Positions 46,901-61,900 of a DNA stretch of 64,000 nucleotides are shown here, in pieces. Each line of letters opens with the position of its first letter. Within the stretch, counting starts at the first letter, position 1. The stretch is from Octopus sinensis (taxonomy: Eukaryota). The notes beneath the pieces are model-generated. The model saw nothing but the letters and a program-made list of their open reading frames with translations, made no database searches and was not told where the DNA came from. Both the position numbers and the translations under genes were made by a program. The stretch covers positions 295,759 through 359,758 of the forward strand of contig NW_021835993.1 of assembly GCF_006345805.1 (NCBI RefSeq). The letters run 5' to 3'.

Positions 46901-49900
46901 ATCACACACGTGGAGAACTGAGTAGGGATCTTTATAATTACGCAAATCTTGCTGAAAATTTTAAAACGCCAGAATAGAGTAGATAAAAAGGTTTTAGACG
47001 AGCTGTAAAAAGCGCATATTATCCAGAAATATTTCAAACTGATCCCCTGAAAAAATGAGCTCGATTGATATCACACACGTGGAGAACTGAGTAGGGATCT
47101 TTATAATTACGCAAATCTTGCTGAAAATTTTAAAACGCCAGAATAGAGATAAAAAAGGTTTTAGACGAGCTGTAAAAAGCGCATATAATCCAGAAATATT
47201 TCAAACTGATCCCCTGAAAAAATGAGCTCGATTGATATCACACACGTGGAGAACTGAGTAGGGATCTTTATAATTACGCAAATCTTGCTGAAAATTTTAA
47301 AACGCCAGAATAGAGTAGATAAAAAGGTTTTAGACGAGCTGTAAAAAGCGCATATTATCCAGAAATATTTCAAACTGATCCCCTGAAAAAATGAGCTCGA
47401 TTGATATCACACACGTGGAGAACTGAGTAGGGATCTTTATAATTACGCAAATCTTGCTGAAAATTTTAAAACGCCAGAATAGAGTAGATAAAAAGGTTTT
47501 AGACGAGCTGTAAAAGCGCATATTATCCAGAAATATTTCAAACTGATCCCCTGAAAAAATGAGCTCGATTGATATCACACACGTGGAGAACTGAGTAGGG
47601 ATCTTTATAATTACGCAAATCTTGCTGAAAATTTTAAAACGCCAGAATAGAGTAGATAAAAAGGTTTTAGACGAGCTGTAAAAAGCGCATATTATCCAGA
47701 AATATTTCAAACTGATCCCCTGAAAAAATGAGCTCGATTGATATCACACACGTGGAGAACTGAGTAGGGATCTTTATAATTACGCAAATCTTGCTGAAAA
47801 TTTTAAAACGCCAGAATAGAGTAGATAAAAAGGTTTTAGACGAGCTGTAAAAGCGCATATTATCCAGAAATATTTCAAACTGATCCCCTGAAAAAATGAG
47901 CTCGATTGATATCACACACGTGGAGAACTGAGTAGGGATCTTTATAATTACGAAATCTTGCTGAAAATTTTAAAACGCCAGAATAGAGTAGATAAAAAGG
48001 TTTTAGACGAGCTGTAAAAAGCGCATATTATCCAGAAATATTTCAAACTGATCCCCTGAAAAAATGAGCTCGATTGATATCACACACGTGGAGAACTGAG
48101 TAGGGATCTTTATAATTACGCAAATCTTGCTGAAAATTTTAAAACGCAGAATAGAGTAGATAAAAAGGTTTTAGACGAGCTGTAAAAAGCGCATATTATC
48201 CAGAAATATTTCAAACTGATCCCCTGAAAAAATGAGCTCGATTGATATCACACACGTGGAGAACTGAGTAGGGATCTTTATAATTACGCAAATCTTGCTG
48301 AAAATTTTAAAACGCCAGAATAGAGTAGATAAAAGGTTTTAGACGAGCTGTAAAAAGCGCATATTATCCAGAATATTTCAAACTGATCCCCTGAAAAATG
48401 AGCTCGATTGATATCACACACGTGGAGAACTGAGTAGGGATCTTTATAATTACGCAAATCTTGCTGAAAATTTTAAAACGCCAGAATAGAGTAGATAAAA
48501 AGGATTTAGACGAGCTGTAAAAAGCGCATATTATCCAGAAATATTTCAAACTGATCCCCTGAAAAAATGAGCTCGATTGATATCACACACGTGGAGAACT
48601 GAGTAGGGATCTTTATAATTACGCAAATCTTGCTGAAAATTTTAAAACGCCAGAATAGAGTAGATAAAAGGATTTAGACGAGCTGTAAAAAGCGCATATT
48701 ATCCAGAAATATTTCAAACTGATCCACTGAAAAAATGAGCTCGATTGATATCACACACGTGGAGAACTGAGTAGGGATCTTTATAATAAGGCAAATCTTG
48801 CTGAAAATTTTAAAACGCCAGAATAGAGTAGATAAAAAGGATTTAGACGAGCTGTAAAAAGCGCATATTATCCAGAAATATTTCAAACTGATCCACTGAA
48901 AAAATGAGCTCGATTGATATCACACACGTGGAGAACTGAGTAGGGATCTTTATAATAAGGCAAATCTTGCTGAAAATTTTAAAACGCCAGAATAGAGTAG
49001 ATAAAAAGGATTTAGACGAGCTGTAAAAAGCGCATATTATCCAGAAATATTTCAAACTGATCCCCTGAAAAATGAGCTCGATTGATATCACACACGTGGA
49101 GAACTGAGTAGGGATCTTTATAATTACGCAAATCTTGCTGAAAATTTTAAAACGCCAGAATAGAGTAGATAAAAAGGTTTTAGACGAGCTGTAAAAAGCG
49201 CATATTATCCAGAAATATTTCAAACTGATCCCCTGAAAAAATGAGCTCGATTGATATCACACACGTGGAGAACTGAGTAGGGATCTTTATAATTACGCAA
49301 ATCTTGCTGAAAATTTTAAAACGCCAGAATAGAGTAGATAAAAAGGTTTTAGACGAGCTGTAAAAAGCGCATATTATCCAGAAATATTTCAAACTGATCC
49401 CCTGAAAAAATGAGCTCGATTGATATCACACACGTGGAGAACTGAGTAGGGATCTTTATAATTACGCAAATCTTGCTGAAAATTTTAAAACGCCAGAATA
49501 GAGTAGATAAAAGGTTTTAGACGAGCTGTAAAAAGCGCATATTATCCAGAAATATTTCAAACTGATCCCCTGAAAAAATGAGCTCGATTGATATCACACA
49601 CGTGGAGAACTGAGTAGGGATCTTTATAATTACGCAAATCTTGCTGAAATTTTAAAACGCCAGAATAGAGTAGATAAAAAGGTTTTAGACGAGCTGTAAA
49701 AAGCGCATATTATCCAGAAATATTTCAAACTGATCCCCTGAAAAAATGAGCTCGATTGATATCACACACGTGGAGAACTGAGTAGGGATCTTTATAATTA
49801 CGCAAATCTTGCTGAAAATTTTAAACGCCAGAATAGAGTAGATAAAAGGTTTTAGACGAGCTGTAAAAAGCGCATATATCCAGAAATATTTCAAACTGAT

Positions 49901-52900
49901 CCCCTGAAAAAATGAGCTCGATTGATATCACACACGTGGAGAACTGAGTAGGGATCTTTATAATTACGCAAATCTTGCTGAAAATTTTAAAACGCCAGAA
50001 TAGAGTAGATAAAAAGGTTTTAGACGAGCTGTAAAAAGCGCATATTATCCAGAAATATTTCAAACTGATCCCCTGAAAAATGAGCTCGATTGATATCACA
50101 CACGTGGAGAACTGAGTAGGGATCTTTATAATTACGCAAATCTTGCTGAAATTTTAAAACGCCAGAATAGAGTAGATAAAAAGGTTTTAGACGAGCTGTA
50201 AAAAGCGCATATTATCCAGAAATATTTCAAACTGATCCCCTGAAAAAATGAGCTCGATTGATATCACACACGTGGAGAACTGAGTAGGGATTTATAATTA
50301 CGCAAATCTTGCTGAAAATTTTAAAACGCCAGAATAGAGTAGATAAAAAGGTTTTAGACGAGCTGTAAAAAGCGCATATATCCAGAAATATTTCAAACTG
50401 ATCCCCTGAAAAAATGAGCTCGATTGATATCACACACGTGGAGAACTGAGTAGGGATCTTTATAATTACGCAAATCTTGCTGAAAATTTTAAAACGCCAG
50501 AATAGAGTAGATAAAAAGGTTTTAGACGAGCTGTAAAAAGCGCATATTATCCAGAAATATTTCAAACTGATCCCCTGAAAAAATGAGCTCGATTGATATC
50601 ACACACGTGGAGAACTGAGTAGGGATCTTTATAATTACGCAAATCTTGCTGAAAATTTTAAAACGCCAGAATAGAGTAGATAAAAAGGTTTTAGACGAGC
50701 TGTAAAAAGCGCATATTATCCAGAAATATTTCAAACTGATCCCCTGAAAAAATGAGCTCGATTGATATCACACACGTGGAGAACTGAGTAGGGATCTTTA
50801 TAATTACGCAAATCTTGCTGAAAATTTTAAAACGCCAGAATAGAGTAGATAAAAAGGTTTTAGACGAGCTGTAAAAGCGCATATAATCCAGAAATATTTC
50901 AAACTGATCCCCTGAAAAAATGAGCTCGATTGATATCACACACGTGGAGAACTGAGTAGGGATCTTTATAATTACGCAAATCTTGCTGAAAATTTTAAAA
51001 CGCCAGAATAGAGTAGATAAAAAGGTTTTAGACGAGCTGTAAAAAGCGCATATTATCCAGAAATATTTCAAACTGATCCCCTGAAAAATGAGCTCGATTG
51101 ATATCACACACGTGGAGAACTGAGTAGGGATCTTTATAATTACGCAAATCTTGCTGAAAATTTTAAAACGCCAGAATAGAGTAGATAAAAAGGTTTTAGA
51201 CGAGCTGTAAAAAGCGCATATTATCCAGAAATATTTCAAACTGATCCCCTGAAAAAATGAGCTCGATTGATATCACACACGTGGAGAACTGAGTAGGGAT
51301 CTTTATAATTACGCAAATCTTGCTGAAAATTTTAAAACGCCAGAATAGAGTAGATAAAAATTTTAGACGAGCTGTAAAAAGCGCATATTATCCAGAAATA
51401 TTTCAAACTGATCCCCTGAAAAAATGAGCTCGATTGATATCACACACGTGGAGAACTGAGTAGGGATCTTTATAATTACGCAAATCTTGCTGAAAATTTT
51501 AAAACGCCAGAATAGAGTATATAAAAAGGTTTAGACGAGCTGTAAAAGCGCATATTATCCAGAAATATTTCAAACTGATCCCCTGAAAAAATGAGCTCGA
51601 TTGATATCACACACGTGGAGAACTGAGTAGGGATCTTTATAATTACGCAAATCTTGCTGAAAATTTTAAAACGCCAGAATAGAGTAGATAAAAAGGTTTT
51701 AGACGAGCTGTAAAAAGCGCATATTATCCAGAAATATTTCAAACTGATCCCCTGAAAAAATGAGCTCGATTGATATCACACACGTGGAGAACTGAGTAGG
51801 GATCTTTATAATTACGCAAATCTTGCTGAAAATTTTAAAACGCCAGAATAGAGTAGATAAAAAGGTTTTAGACGAGCTGTAAAAAGCGCATATTATCCAG
51901 AAATATTTCAAACTGATCCCCTGAAAAAATGAGCTCGATTGATATCACACACGTGGAGAACTGAGTAGGGATCTTTATAATTACGCAAATCTTGCTGAAA
52001 ATTTTAAAACGCCAGAATAGAGTAGATAAAAAGGTTTTAGACGAGCTGTAAAAAGCGCATATTATCCAGAAATATTTCAAACTGATCCCCTGAAAAAATG
52101 AGCTCGATTGATATCACACACGTGGAGAACTGAGTAGGGATCTTTATAATTACGCAAATCTTGCTGAAAATTTTAAAACGCCAGAATTAGTAGATAAAAA
52201 GGTTTTAGACGAGCTGTAAAAAGCGCATATTATCCAGAAATATTTCAAACTGATCCCCTGAAAAAATGAGCTCGATTGATATCACACACGTGGAGAACTG
52301 AGTAGGGATCTTTATAATTACGCAAATCTTGCTGAAAATTTTAAAACGCCAGAATAGAGTAGATAAAAAGGTTTTAGACGAGCTGTAAAAAGCGCATATT
52401 ATCCAGAAATATTTCAAACTGATCCCCTGAAAAAATGAGCTCGATTGATATCACACACGTGGAGAACTGAGTAGGGATCTTTATAATTACGCAAATCTTG
52501 CTGAAAATTTTAAAACGCCAGAATAGAGTAGATAAAAAGGTTTTAGACGAGCTGTAAAAAGCGCATATTATCCAGAAATATTTCAAACTGATCCCCTGAA
52601 AAATGAGCTCGATTGATATCACACACGTGGAGAACTGAGTAGGGATCTTTATAATTACGCAAATCTTGCTGAAAATTTTAAAACGCCAGAATAGAGTAGA
52701 TAAAAAGGTTTTAGACGAGCTGTAAAAAGCGCATATTATCCAGAAATATTTCAAACTGATCCCCTGAAAAAATGAGCTCGATTGATATCACACACGTGGA
52801 GAACTGAGTAGGGATCTTTATAATTACGCAAATCTTGCTGAAAATTTTAAAACGCCAGAATAGAGTAGATAAAAAGGTTTTAGACGAGCTGTAAAAAGCG

Positions 52901-55900
52901 CATATTATCCAGAAATATTTCAAACTGATCCCCTGAAAAAATGAGCTCGATTGATATCACACACGTGGAGAACTGAGTAGGGATCTTTATAATTACGCAA
53001 ATCTTGCTGAAAATTTTAAAACGCCAGAATAGAGTAGATAAAAAGGTTTTAGACGAGCTGTAAAAAGCGCATATTATCCAGAAATATTTCAAACTGATCC
53101 CCTGAAAAATGAGCTCGATTGATATCACACACGTGGAGAACTGAGTAGGGATCTTTATAATTACGCAAATCTTGCTGAAAATTTTAAAACGCCAGAATAG
53201 AGTAGATAAAAAGGTTTTAGACGAGCTGTAAAAAGCGCATATTATCCAGAATATTTCAAACTGATCCCTGAAAAAATGAGCTCGATTGATATCACACACG
53301 TGGAGAACTGAGTAGGGATCTTTATAATTACGCAAATCTTGCTGAAAATTTTAAAACGCCAGAATAGAGTAGATAAAAAGGTTTTAGACGAGCTGTAAAA
53401 AGCGCATATTATCCAGAAATATTTCAAACTGATCCCCTGAAAAAATGAGCTCGATTGATATCACACACGTGGAGAACTGAGTAGGGATCTTTATAATTAC
53501 GCAAATCTTGCTGAAAATTTTAAAACGCCAGAATAGAATAGATAAAAAGGTTTTAGACGAGCTGTAAAAAGCGCATATTATCCAGAAATATTTCAAACTG
53601 ATCCCCTGAAAAAATGAGCTCGATTGATATCACACACGTGGAGAACTGAGTAGGGATCTTTATAATTACGCAAATCTTGCTGAAAATTTTAAAACGCCAG
53701 AATAGAGTAGATAAAAGGTTTTAGACGAGCTGTAAAAGCGCATATTATCCAGAAATATTTCAAACTGATCCCCTGAAAAAATGAGCTCGATTGATATCAC
53801 ACACGTGGAGAACTGAGTAGGGATCTTTATAATTACGCAAATCTTGCTGAAAATTTTAAAACGCCAGAATAGAGTAGATAAAAAGGTTTTAGACGAGCTG
53901 TAAAAAGCGCATATTATCCAGAAATATTTCAAACTGATCCCCTGAAAAAATGAGCTCGATTGATATCACACACGTGGAGAACTGAGTAGGGATCTTTATA
54001 ATTACGCAAATCTTGCTGAAATTTTAAAACGCCAGAATAGAGTAGATAAAAAGTTTTAGACGAGCTGTAAAAAGCGCATATTATCCAGAAATATTTCAAA
54101 CTGATCCCCTGAAAAAATGAGCTCGATTGATATCACACACGTGGAGAACTGAGTAGGGATCTTTATAATTACGCAAATCTTGCTGAAAATTTTAAAACGC
54201 CAGAATAGAGTAGATAAAAAGGTTTAGACGAGCTGTAAAAAGCGCATATTATCCAGAAATATTTCAACTGATCCCCTGAAAAAATGAGCTCGATTGATAT
54301 CACACACGTGGAGAACTGAGTAGGGATCTTTATAATTACGCAAATCTTGCTGAAAATTTTAAAAGCCAGAATAGAGTAGATAAAAAGGTTTTAGACGAGC
54401 TGTAAAAAGCGCATATAAATCCAGAAATATTTCAAACTGATCCCTGAAAAAATGAGCTCGATTGATATCACACACTGGAGAACTGAGTAGGGATCTTTAT
54501 AATTACGCAAATCTTGCTGAAAATTTTAAAACGCCAGAATAGAGTAGATAAAAAGGTTTTAGACGAGCTGTAAAAAGCGCATATTATCCAGAAATATTTC
54601 AAACTGATCCCCTGAAAAAATGAGCTCGATTGATATCACACACGTGGAGAACTGAGTAGGGATCTTTATAATTACGCAAATCTTGCTGAAAATTTTAAAA
54701 CGCCAGAATAGAGTAGATAAAAAGGTTTAGACGAGCTGTAAAAAGCGCATATTATCCAGAAATATTTCAAACTGATCCCCTGAAAAAATGAGCTCGATTG
54801 ATATCACACACGTGGAGAACTGAGTAGGGATCTTTATAATTACGCAAATCTTGCTGAAAATTTTAAAACGCCAGAATAGAGTAGATAAAAAGGTTTTAGA
54901 CGAGCTGTAAAAAGCGCATATTATCCTAAAATATTTCAAACTGATCCCCTGAAAAAATGAGCTCGATTGATATCACACACGTGGAGAACTGAGTAGGGAT
55001 CTTTATAATTACGCAAATCTTGCTGAAAATTTTAAAACGCCAGAATAGAGTAGATAAAAAGGTTTTAGACGAGCTGTAAAAAGCGCATATTATCCTAAAA
55101 TATTTCAAACTGATCCCCTGAAAAAAATGAGCTCGATTGATATCACACACGTGGAGAACTGAGTAGGGATCTTTATAATTACGCAAATCTTGCTGAAAAT
55201 TTTAAAACGCCAGAATAGAGTAGATAAAAAGGTTTTAGACGAGCTGTAAAAAGCGCATATTATCCAGAAATATTTCAAACTGATCCCCTGAAAAAATGAG
55301 CTCGATTGATATCACACACGTGGAGAACTGAGTAGGGATCTTTATAATTACGCAAATCTTGCTGAAAATTTTAAAACGCCAGAATAGAGTAGATAAAAAG
55401 GTTTTAGACGAGCTGTAAAAAGCGCATATTATCCAGAAATATTTCAAACTGATCCCCTGAAAAAATGAGCTCGATTGATATCACACACGTGGAGAACTGA
55501 GTAGGGATCTTTATAATTACGCAAATCTTGCTGAAAATTTTAAAACGCCAGAATAGAGTAGATAAAAGGTTTTAGACGAGCTGTAAAAAGCGCATATTAT
55601 CCAGAAATATTTCAAACTGATCCCCTGAAAAAATGAGCTCGATTGATATCACACACGTGGAGAACTGAGTAGGGATCTTTATAATTACGCAAATCTTGCT
55701 GAAAATTTTAAAACGCCAGAATAGAGTAGATAAAAAGGTTTTAGACGAGCTGTAAAAAGCGCATATTATCCAGAAATATTTCAAACTGATCCCCTGAAAA
55801 AATGAGCTCGATTGATATCACACACGTGGAGAACTGAGTAGGGATCTTTAAATTACGCAAATCTTGCTGAAAATTTTAAAACGCCAGAATAGTAGTATAA

Positions 55901-58900
55901 AAAGGTTTTAGACGAGCTGTAAAAAGCGCATATTATCCAGAAATATTTCAAACTGATCCCCTGAAAAAAGAGCTCGATTGATATCACACACGTGGAGAAC
56001 TGAGTAGGGATCTTTTAATTACGCAAATCTTGCTGAAAATTTTAAAACGCCAGAATAGAGTAGATAAAAAGGTTTTAGACGAGCTGTAAAAAGCGCATAT
56101 TATCCAGAAATATTTCAAACTGATCCCCTGAAAAAATGAGCTCGATTGATATCACACACGTGGAGAACTGAGTAGGGATCTTTTAATTACGCAAATCTTG
56201 CTGAAAATTTTAAACGCCAGAATAGAGTAGATAAAAAGGTTTTAGACGAGCTGTAAAAAGCGCATATTATCCAGAAATATTTCAAACTGATCCCCTGAAA
56301 AAATGAGCTCGATTGATATCACACACGTGGAGAACTGAGTAGGGATCTTTATAATTACGCAAATCTTGCTGAAAATTTTAAAACGCCAGAATAGAGTAGA
56401 TAAAAAGGTTTTAGACGAGCTGTAAAAAGCGCATATTATCCAGAAATATTTCAAACTGATCCCCTGAAAAAATGAGCTCGATTGATATCACACACGTGGA
56501 GAACTGAGTAGGGATCTTTATAATTACGCAAATCTTGCTGAAAATTTTAAAACGCCAGAATAGAGTAGATAAAAAGGTTTTAGACGAGCTGTAAAAAGCG
56601 CATATAATCCAGAAATATTTCAAACTGATCCCCTGAAAAATGAGCTCGATTGATATCACACACGTGGAGAACTGAGTAGGGATCTTTATAATTACGCAAA
56701 TCTTGCTGAAAATTTTAAAACGCCAGAATAGAGTAGATAAAAAGGTTTTACACGAGCTGAAAAAGCGCATATTATCCAGAAATATTTCAATCTGATCCCC
56801 TGGAAAAATGAGCTCGATTGATATCACACACGTGGAGAACAGTGTAGGGATCTTTAAAATTACACAAATTTTGCTGAAAATTTTAAAAAGCCAGAATTGA
56901 GTAGATAAAAAGGTTTTAGACGAGCTGTAAAAAGCGCATATAATCCAGAAATATTTCAAACTGATCCCCTGAAAAAATGAGCTCGATTGATATCACACAC
57001 GTGGAGAACTGAGTAGGGATCTTTATAATTACGCAAATCTTGCTGAAAATTTTAAAACGCCAGAATAGAGTAGATAAAAAGGTTTTAGACGAGCTGTAAA
57101 AAGCGCATATTATCCAGAAATATTTCAAACTGATCCCCTGAAAAAATGAGCTCGATTGATATCACACACGTGGAGAACTGAGTAGGGATCTTTATAATTA
57201 CGCAAATCTTGCTGAAAATTTTAAAACGCCAGAATAGAGTAGATAAAAAGGTTTTAGACGAGCTGTAAAAAGCGCATATTATCCAGAAATATTTCAAACT
57301 GATCCCCTGAAAAATGAGCTCGATTGATATCACACACGTGGAGAACTGAGTAGGGATCTTTATAATTACGCAAATCTTGCTGAAAATTTTAAAACGCCAG
57401 AATAGAGTAGATAAAAAGGTTTTAGACGAGCTGTAAAAAGCGCATATTATCCAGAAATATTTCAAACTGATCCCCTGAAAAAATGAGCTCGATTGATATC
57501 ACACACGTGGAGAACTGAGTAGGGATCTTTATAATTACGCAAATCTTGCTGAAAATTTTAAAACGCCAGAATAGGGTATATAAAAAGGATTTAGACGAGC
57601 TGTAAAAGCGCATATTATCCAGAAATATTTCAAACTGATCCCCTGAAAAAATGAGCTCGATTGATATCACACACGTGGAGAACTGAGAAGGGATCTTTTA
57701 ATTACGCAAATCTTGCTGAAAATTTTAAAACGCCAGAATAAGGTATATAAAAAGGATTTAGACGAGCTGTAAAAAGCGCATATTATCCAGAAATATTTCA
57801 AACTGATCCCCTGAAAAAATGAGCTCGATTGATATCACACACGTGGAGAACTGAGTAGGGATCTTTATAATTACGCAATCTTGCTGAAAATTTTAAAACG
57901 CCAGAATAAGGTATATAAAAAGGATTTAGACGAGCTGTAAAAAGCGCATATTATCCAGAAATATTTCAAACTGATCCCCTGAAAAAATGAGCTCGATTGA
58001 TATCACACACGTGGAGAACTGAGTAGGATCTTTATAATTACCAATCTTGCTGAAAATTTTAAAACGCCAGAATAGAGTAGATAAAAGGTTTTAGACGAGC
58101 TGTAAAAAGCGCATATTATCCAGAAATATTTCAAACTGATCCCCTGAAAAAATGAGCTCGATTGATATCACACACGTGGAGAACTGAGTAGGGATCTTTA
58201 TAATTACGCAAATCTTGCTGAAAATTTTAAAACGCCAGAATAGAGTAGATAAAAAGGTTTTAGACGAGCTGTAAAAAGCGCATATTATCCAAAATATTTA
58301 AACTGATCCCCTGAAAAAAATGAGCTCGATTGATATCACACACGTGGAGAACTGAGTAGGGATCTTTATAATTACGCAAATCTTGCTGAAAATTTTAAAA
58401 CGCCAGAATAGAGTAGATAAAAAGGTTTTAGACGAGCTGTAAAAAGCGCATATTATCCAGAAATATTTCAAACTGATCCCCTGAAAAAATGAGCTCGATT
58501 GATATCACACACGTGGAGAACTGAGTAGGGATCTTTATAATTACGAAAATCTTGCTGAAAATTTTAAAACGCCAGAATAGAGTAGATAAAAAGATTTTAG
58601 ACGAGCTGTAAAAAGCGCATATTATCCAGAAATATTTCAAACTGATCCCCTGAAAAAATGAGCTCGATTGATATCACACACGTGGAGAACTGAGTAGGGA
58701 TCTTTATAATTACGCAAATCTTGCTGAAAATTTTAAAACGCCAGAATAGAGTAGATAAAAAGGTTTTAGACGAGCTGTAAAAAGCGCATATTATCCAGAA
58801 ATATTTCAAACTGATCCCCTGAAAAAATGAGCTCGATTGATATCACACACGTGGAGAACTGAGTAGGGATCTTATAATTACGCAAATCTTGCTGAAAATT

Positions 58901-61900
58901 TTAAAACGCCAGAATAGAGTAGATAAAAAGGTTTTAGACGAGCTGTAAAAAGCGCATATTATCCAGAAATATTTCAAACTGATCCCCTGAAAAAATGAGC
59001 TCGATTGATATCACACACGTGGAGAACTGAGTAGGGATCTTTATAATTACGCAAATCTTGCTGAAAATTTTAAAACGCCAGAATAGAGTAGATAAAAAGG
59101 TTTTAGACGAGCTGTAAAAGCGCATATTATCCAGAAATATTTCAAACTGATCCCCTGAAAAAATGAGCTCGATTGATATCACACACGTGGAGAACTGAGT
59201 AGGGATCTTTATAATTACGCAAATCTTGCTGAAAATTTTAAAACGCCAGAATAGAGTAGATAAAAAGGTTTTAGACGAGCTGTAAAAGCGCATATTATCA
59301 GAATATTTCAACAAACTGATCCCCTGAAAAAATGAGCTCGATTGATATCACACACGTGGAGAACTGAGTAGGGATCTTTATAATTACGCAAATCTTGCTG
59401 AAAATTTTAAAACGCCAGAATAGAGTAGATAAAAATGTTTTAGACGAGCTGTAAAAAGCGCATATTATCCAGAAATATTTCAAACTGATCCCCTGAAAAA
59501 ATGAGCTCGATTGATATCACACACGTGGAGAACTGAGTAGGGATCTTTATAATTACGCAAATCTTGCTGAAAATTTTAAAAAGCCAGAATAGAGTAGATA
59601 AAAAGGTTTTAGACGAGCTGTAAAAAGCGCATATTATCCAGAAATATTTCAACTGATCCCCTGAAAAAAAAGCTCGATTGATATCACACACGTGGAGAAC
59701 TGAGTAGGGATCTTTATAATTACGCAAATCTTGCTGAAAATTTTAAAAACGCCAGAATAGAGTAGATAAAAAGGTTTTAGACGAGCTGTAAAAAGCGCAT
59801 ATTATCGAAAAATATTTAAACTGATCCCCTAAAAAAATGAGCTCGATTGATATCACACACGTGGAGAACTGAGTAGGGATCTTTATATTACGCAAATCTT
59901 GCTGAAAATTTTAAAACGCCAGAATAGAGTAGATAAAAAGGTTTTAGACGAGCTGTAAAAAGCGCATATTATCCAGAAATATTTCAAACTGATCCCCTGA
60001 AAAAATGAGCTCGATTGATATCACACACGTGGAGAACTGAGTAGGGATCTTTATAATTACGCAAATCTTGCTGAAAATTTTAAAACGCCAGAATAGAGTA
60101 GATAAAAAATGTTTTAGACGAGCTGTAAAAAGCGCATATTATCCAGAAATATTTCAAACTGATCCCCTGAAAAAATGAGCTCGATTGATATCACACACGT
60201 GGAGAACTGAGTAGGGATCTTTATAATTACGCAAATCTTGCTGAAAATTTTAAACGCCAGAATAGAGTAGATAAAAAGGTTTTAGACGAGCTGTAAAAAG
60301 CGCATATTATCCAGAAATATTTCAAACTGATCCCCTGAAAAAATGAGCTCGATTGATATCACACACGTGGAGAACTGAGTAGGGATCTTTATAATTACGC
60401 AAATCTTGCTGAAAATTTTAAAACGCCAGAATAGAGTAGATAAAAAGGTTTTAGACGAGCTGTAAAAAGCGCATATTATCCAGAAATATTTCAAACTGAT
60501 CCCCTGAAAAATGAGCTCGATTGATATCACACACGTGGAGAACTGAGTAGGGATCTTTATAATTACGCAAATCTTGCTGAAATTTTAAAACGCCAGAATA
60601 GAGTAGATAAAAAGGTTTTAGACGAGCTGTAAAAAGCGCATATTATCCAGAAATATTTCAAACTGATCCCCTGAAAAATGAGCTCGATTGATATCACACA
60701 CGTGGAGAACTGAGTAGGGATCTTTATAATTACGCAAATCTTGCTGAAAATTTTAAAACGCCAGAATAGAGTAGATAAAAAGGTTTTAGACGAGCTGTAA
60801 AAAGCGCATATTATCCAGAAATATTTCAAACTGATCCCCTGAAAAAATGAGCTCGATTGATATCACACACGTGGAGAACTGAGTAGGGATCTTTATAATT
60901 ACGCAAATCTTGCTGAAAATTTTAAAAACGCCAGAATAGAGTAGATAAAAGGTTTTTAGACGAGCTGTAAAAAGCGCATATTATCAGAATATTCAACTGA
61001 TCCCTCTGAAAACTGATCCCGAAAAATGAGCTTGATTGATATCACACACGTGGAGAACTGAGTAGGGATTCTTATAATTACGCAAATCTTGCTGAAAATT
61101 TTAAAACGCCAGAATAGAGTAGATAAAAAGGTTTTAGACGAGCTGTAAAAAGCGCATATTATTCAGAAATATTTCAAACTGATCCCCTGAAAAAATGAGC
61201 TCGATTGATATCACACACGTGGAGAACTGAGTAGGGAGTTTTATAATTACGCAAATCTTGCTGAAAATTTTAAAACGCCAGAATAGAGTAGATAAAAAGG
61301 TTTTAGACGAGCTGTAAAAAGCGCATATTATCCAGAAATATTTCAAACTGATCCCCTGAAAAAATGAGCTCGATTGATATCACACACGTGGAGAACAGTG
61401 TAGGGATCTTTAAAATTACACAAATTTTGCTGAAAATTTTAAAAAGCCAGAATTGAGTATATAAAAAGGTTTTAGACAAGCTGTAAAAAGCGCATATTAT
61501 CCAGAAATATTTCAAACTAATCCCCTGAAAAAAAGAGCTCGATTGATATCACACACGTGGAGAACTGAGTAGGGATCTTTATAATTACGCAAATCTTGCT
61601 GAAAATTTTAAAACGCCAGAATAGAGTAGATAAAAAGGTTTTAGACGAGCTGTAAAAAGCGCATATTATCGAAAAATATTTCAAACTGATCCCCTAAAAA
61701 ATGAGCTCGATTGATATCACACACGTGGAGAACTGAGTAGGGATCTTTATAATTACGCAAATCTTGCTGAAAATTTTAAAAACGCCAGAATAGAGTAGAT
61801 AAAAAGGTTTTAGACGAGCTGTAAAAAGCGCATATTATCCAGAAATATTTCAAACTGATCCCCTGAAAAAATGAGCTCGATTGATATCACACACGTGGAG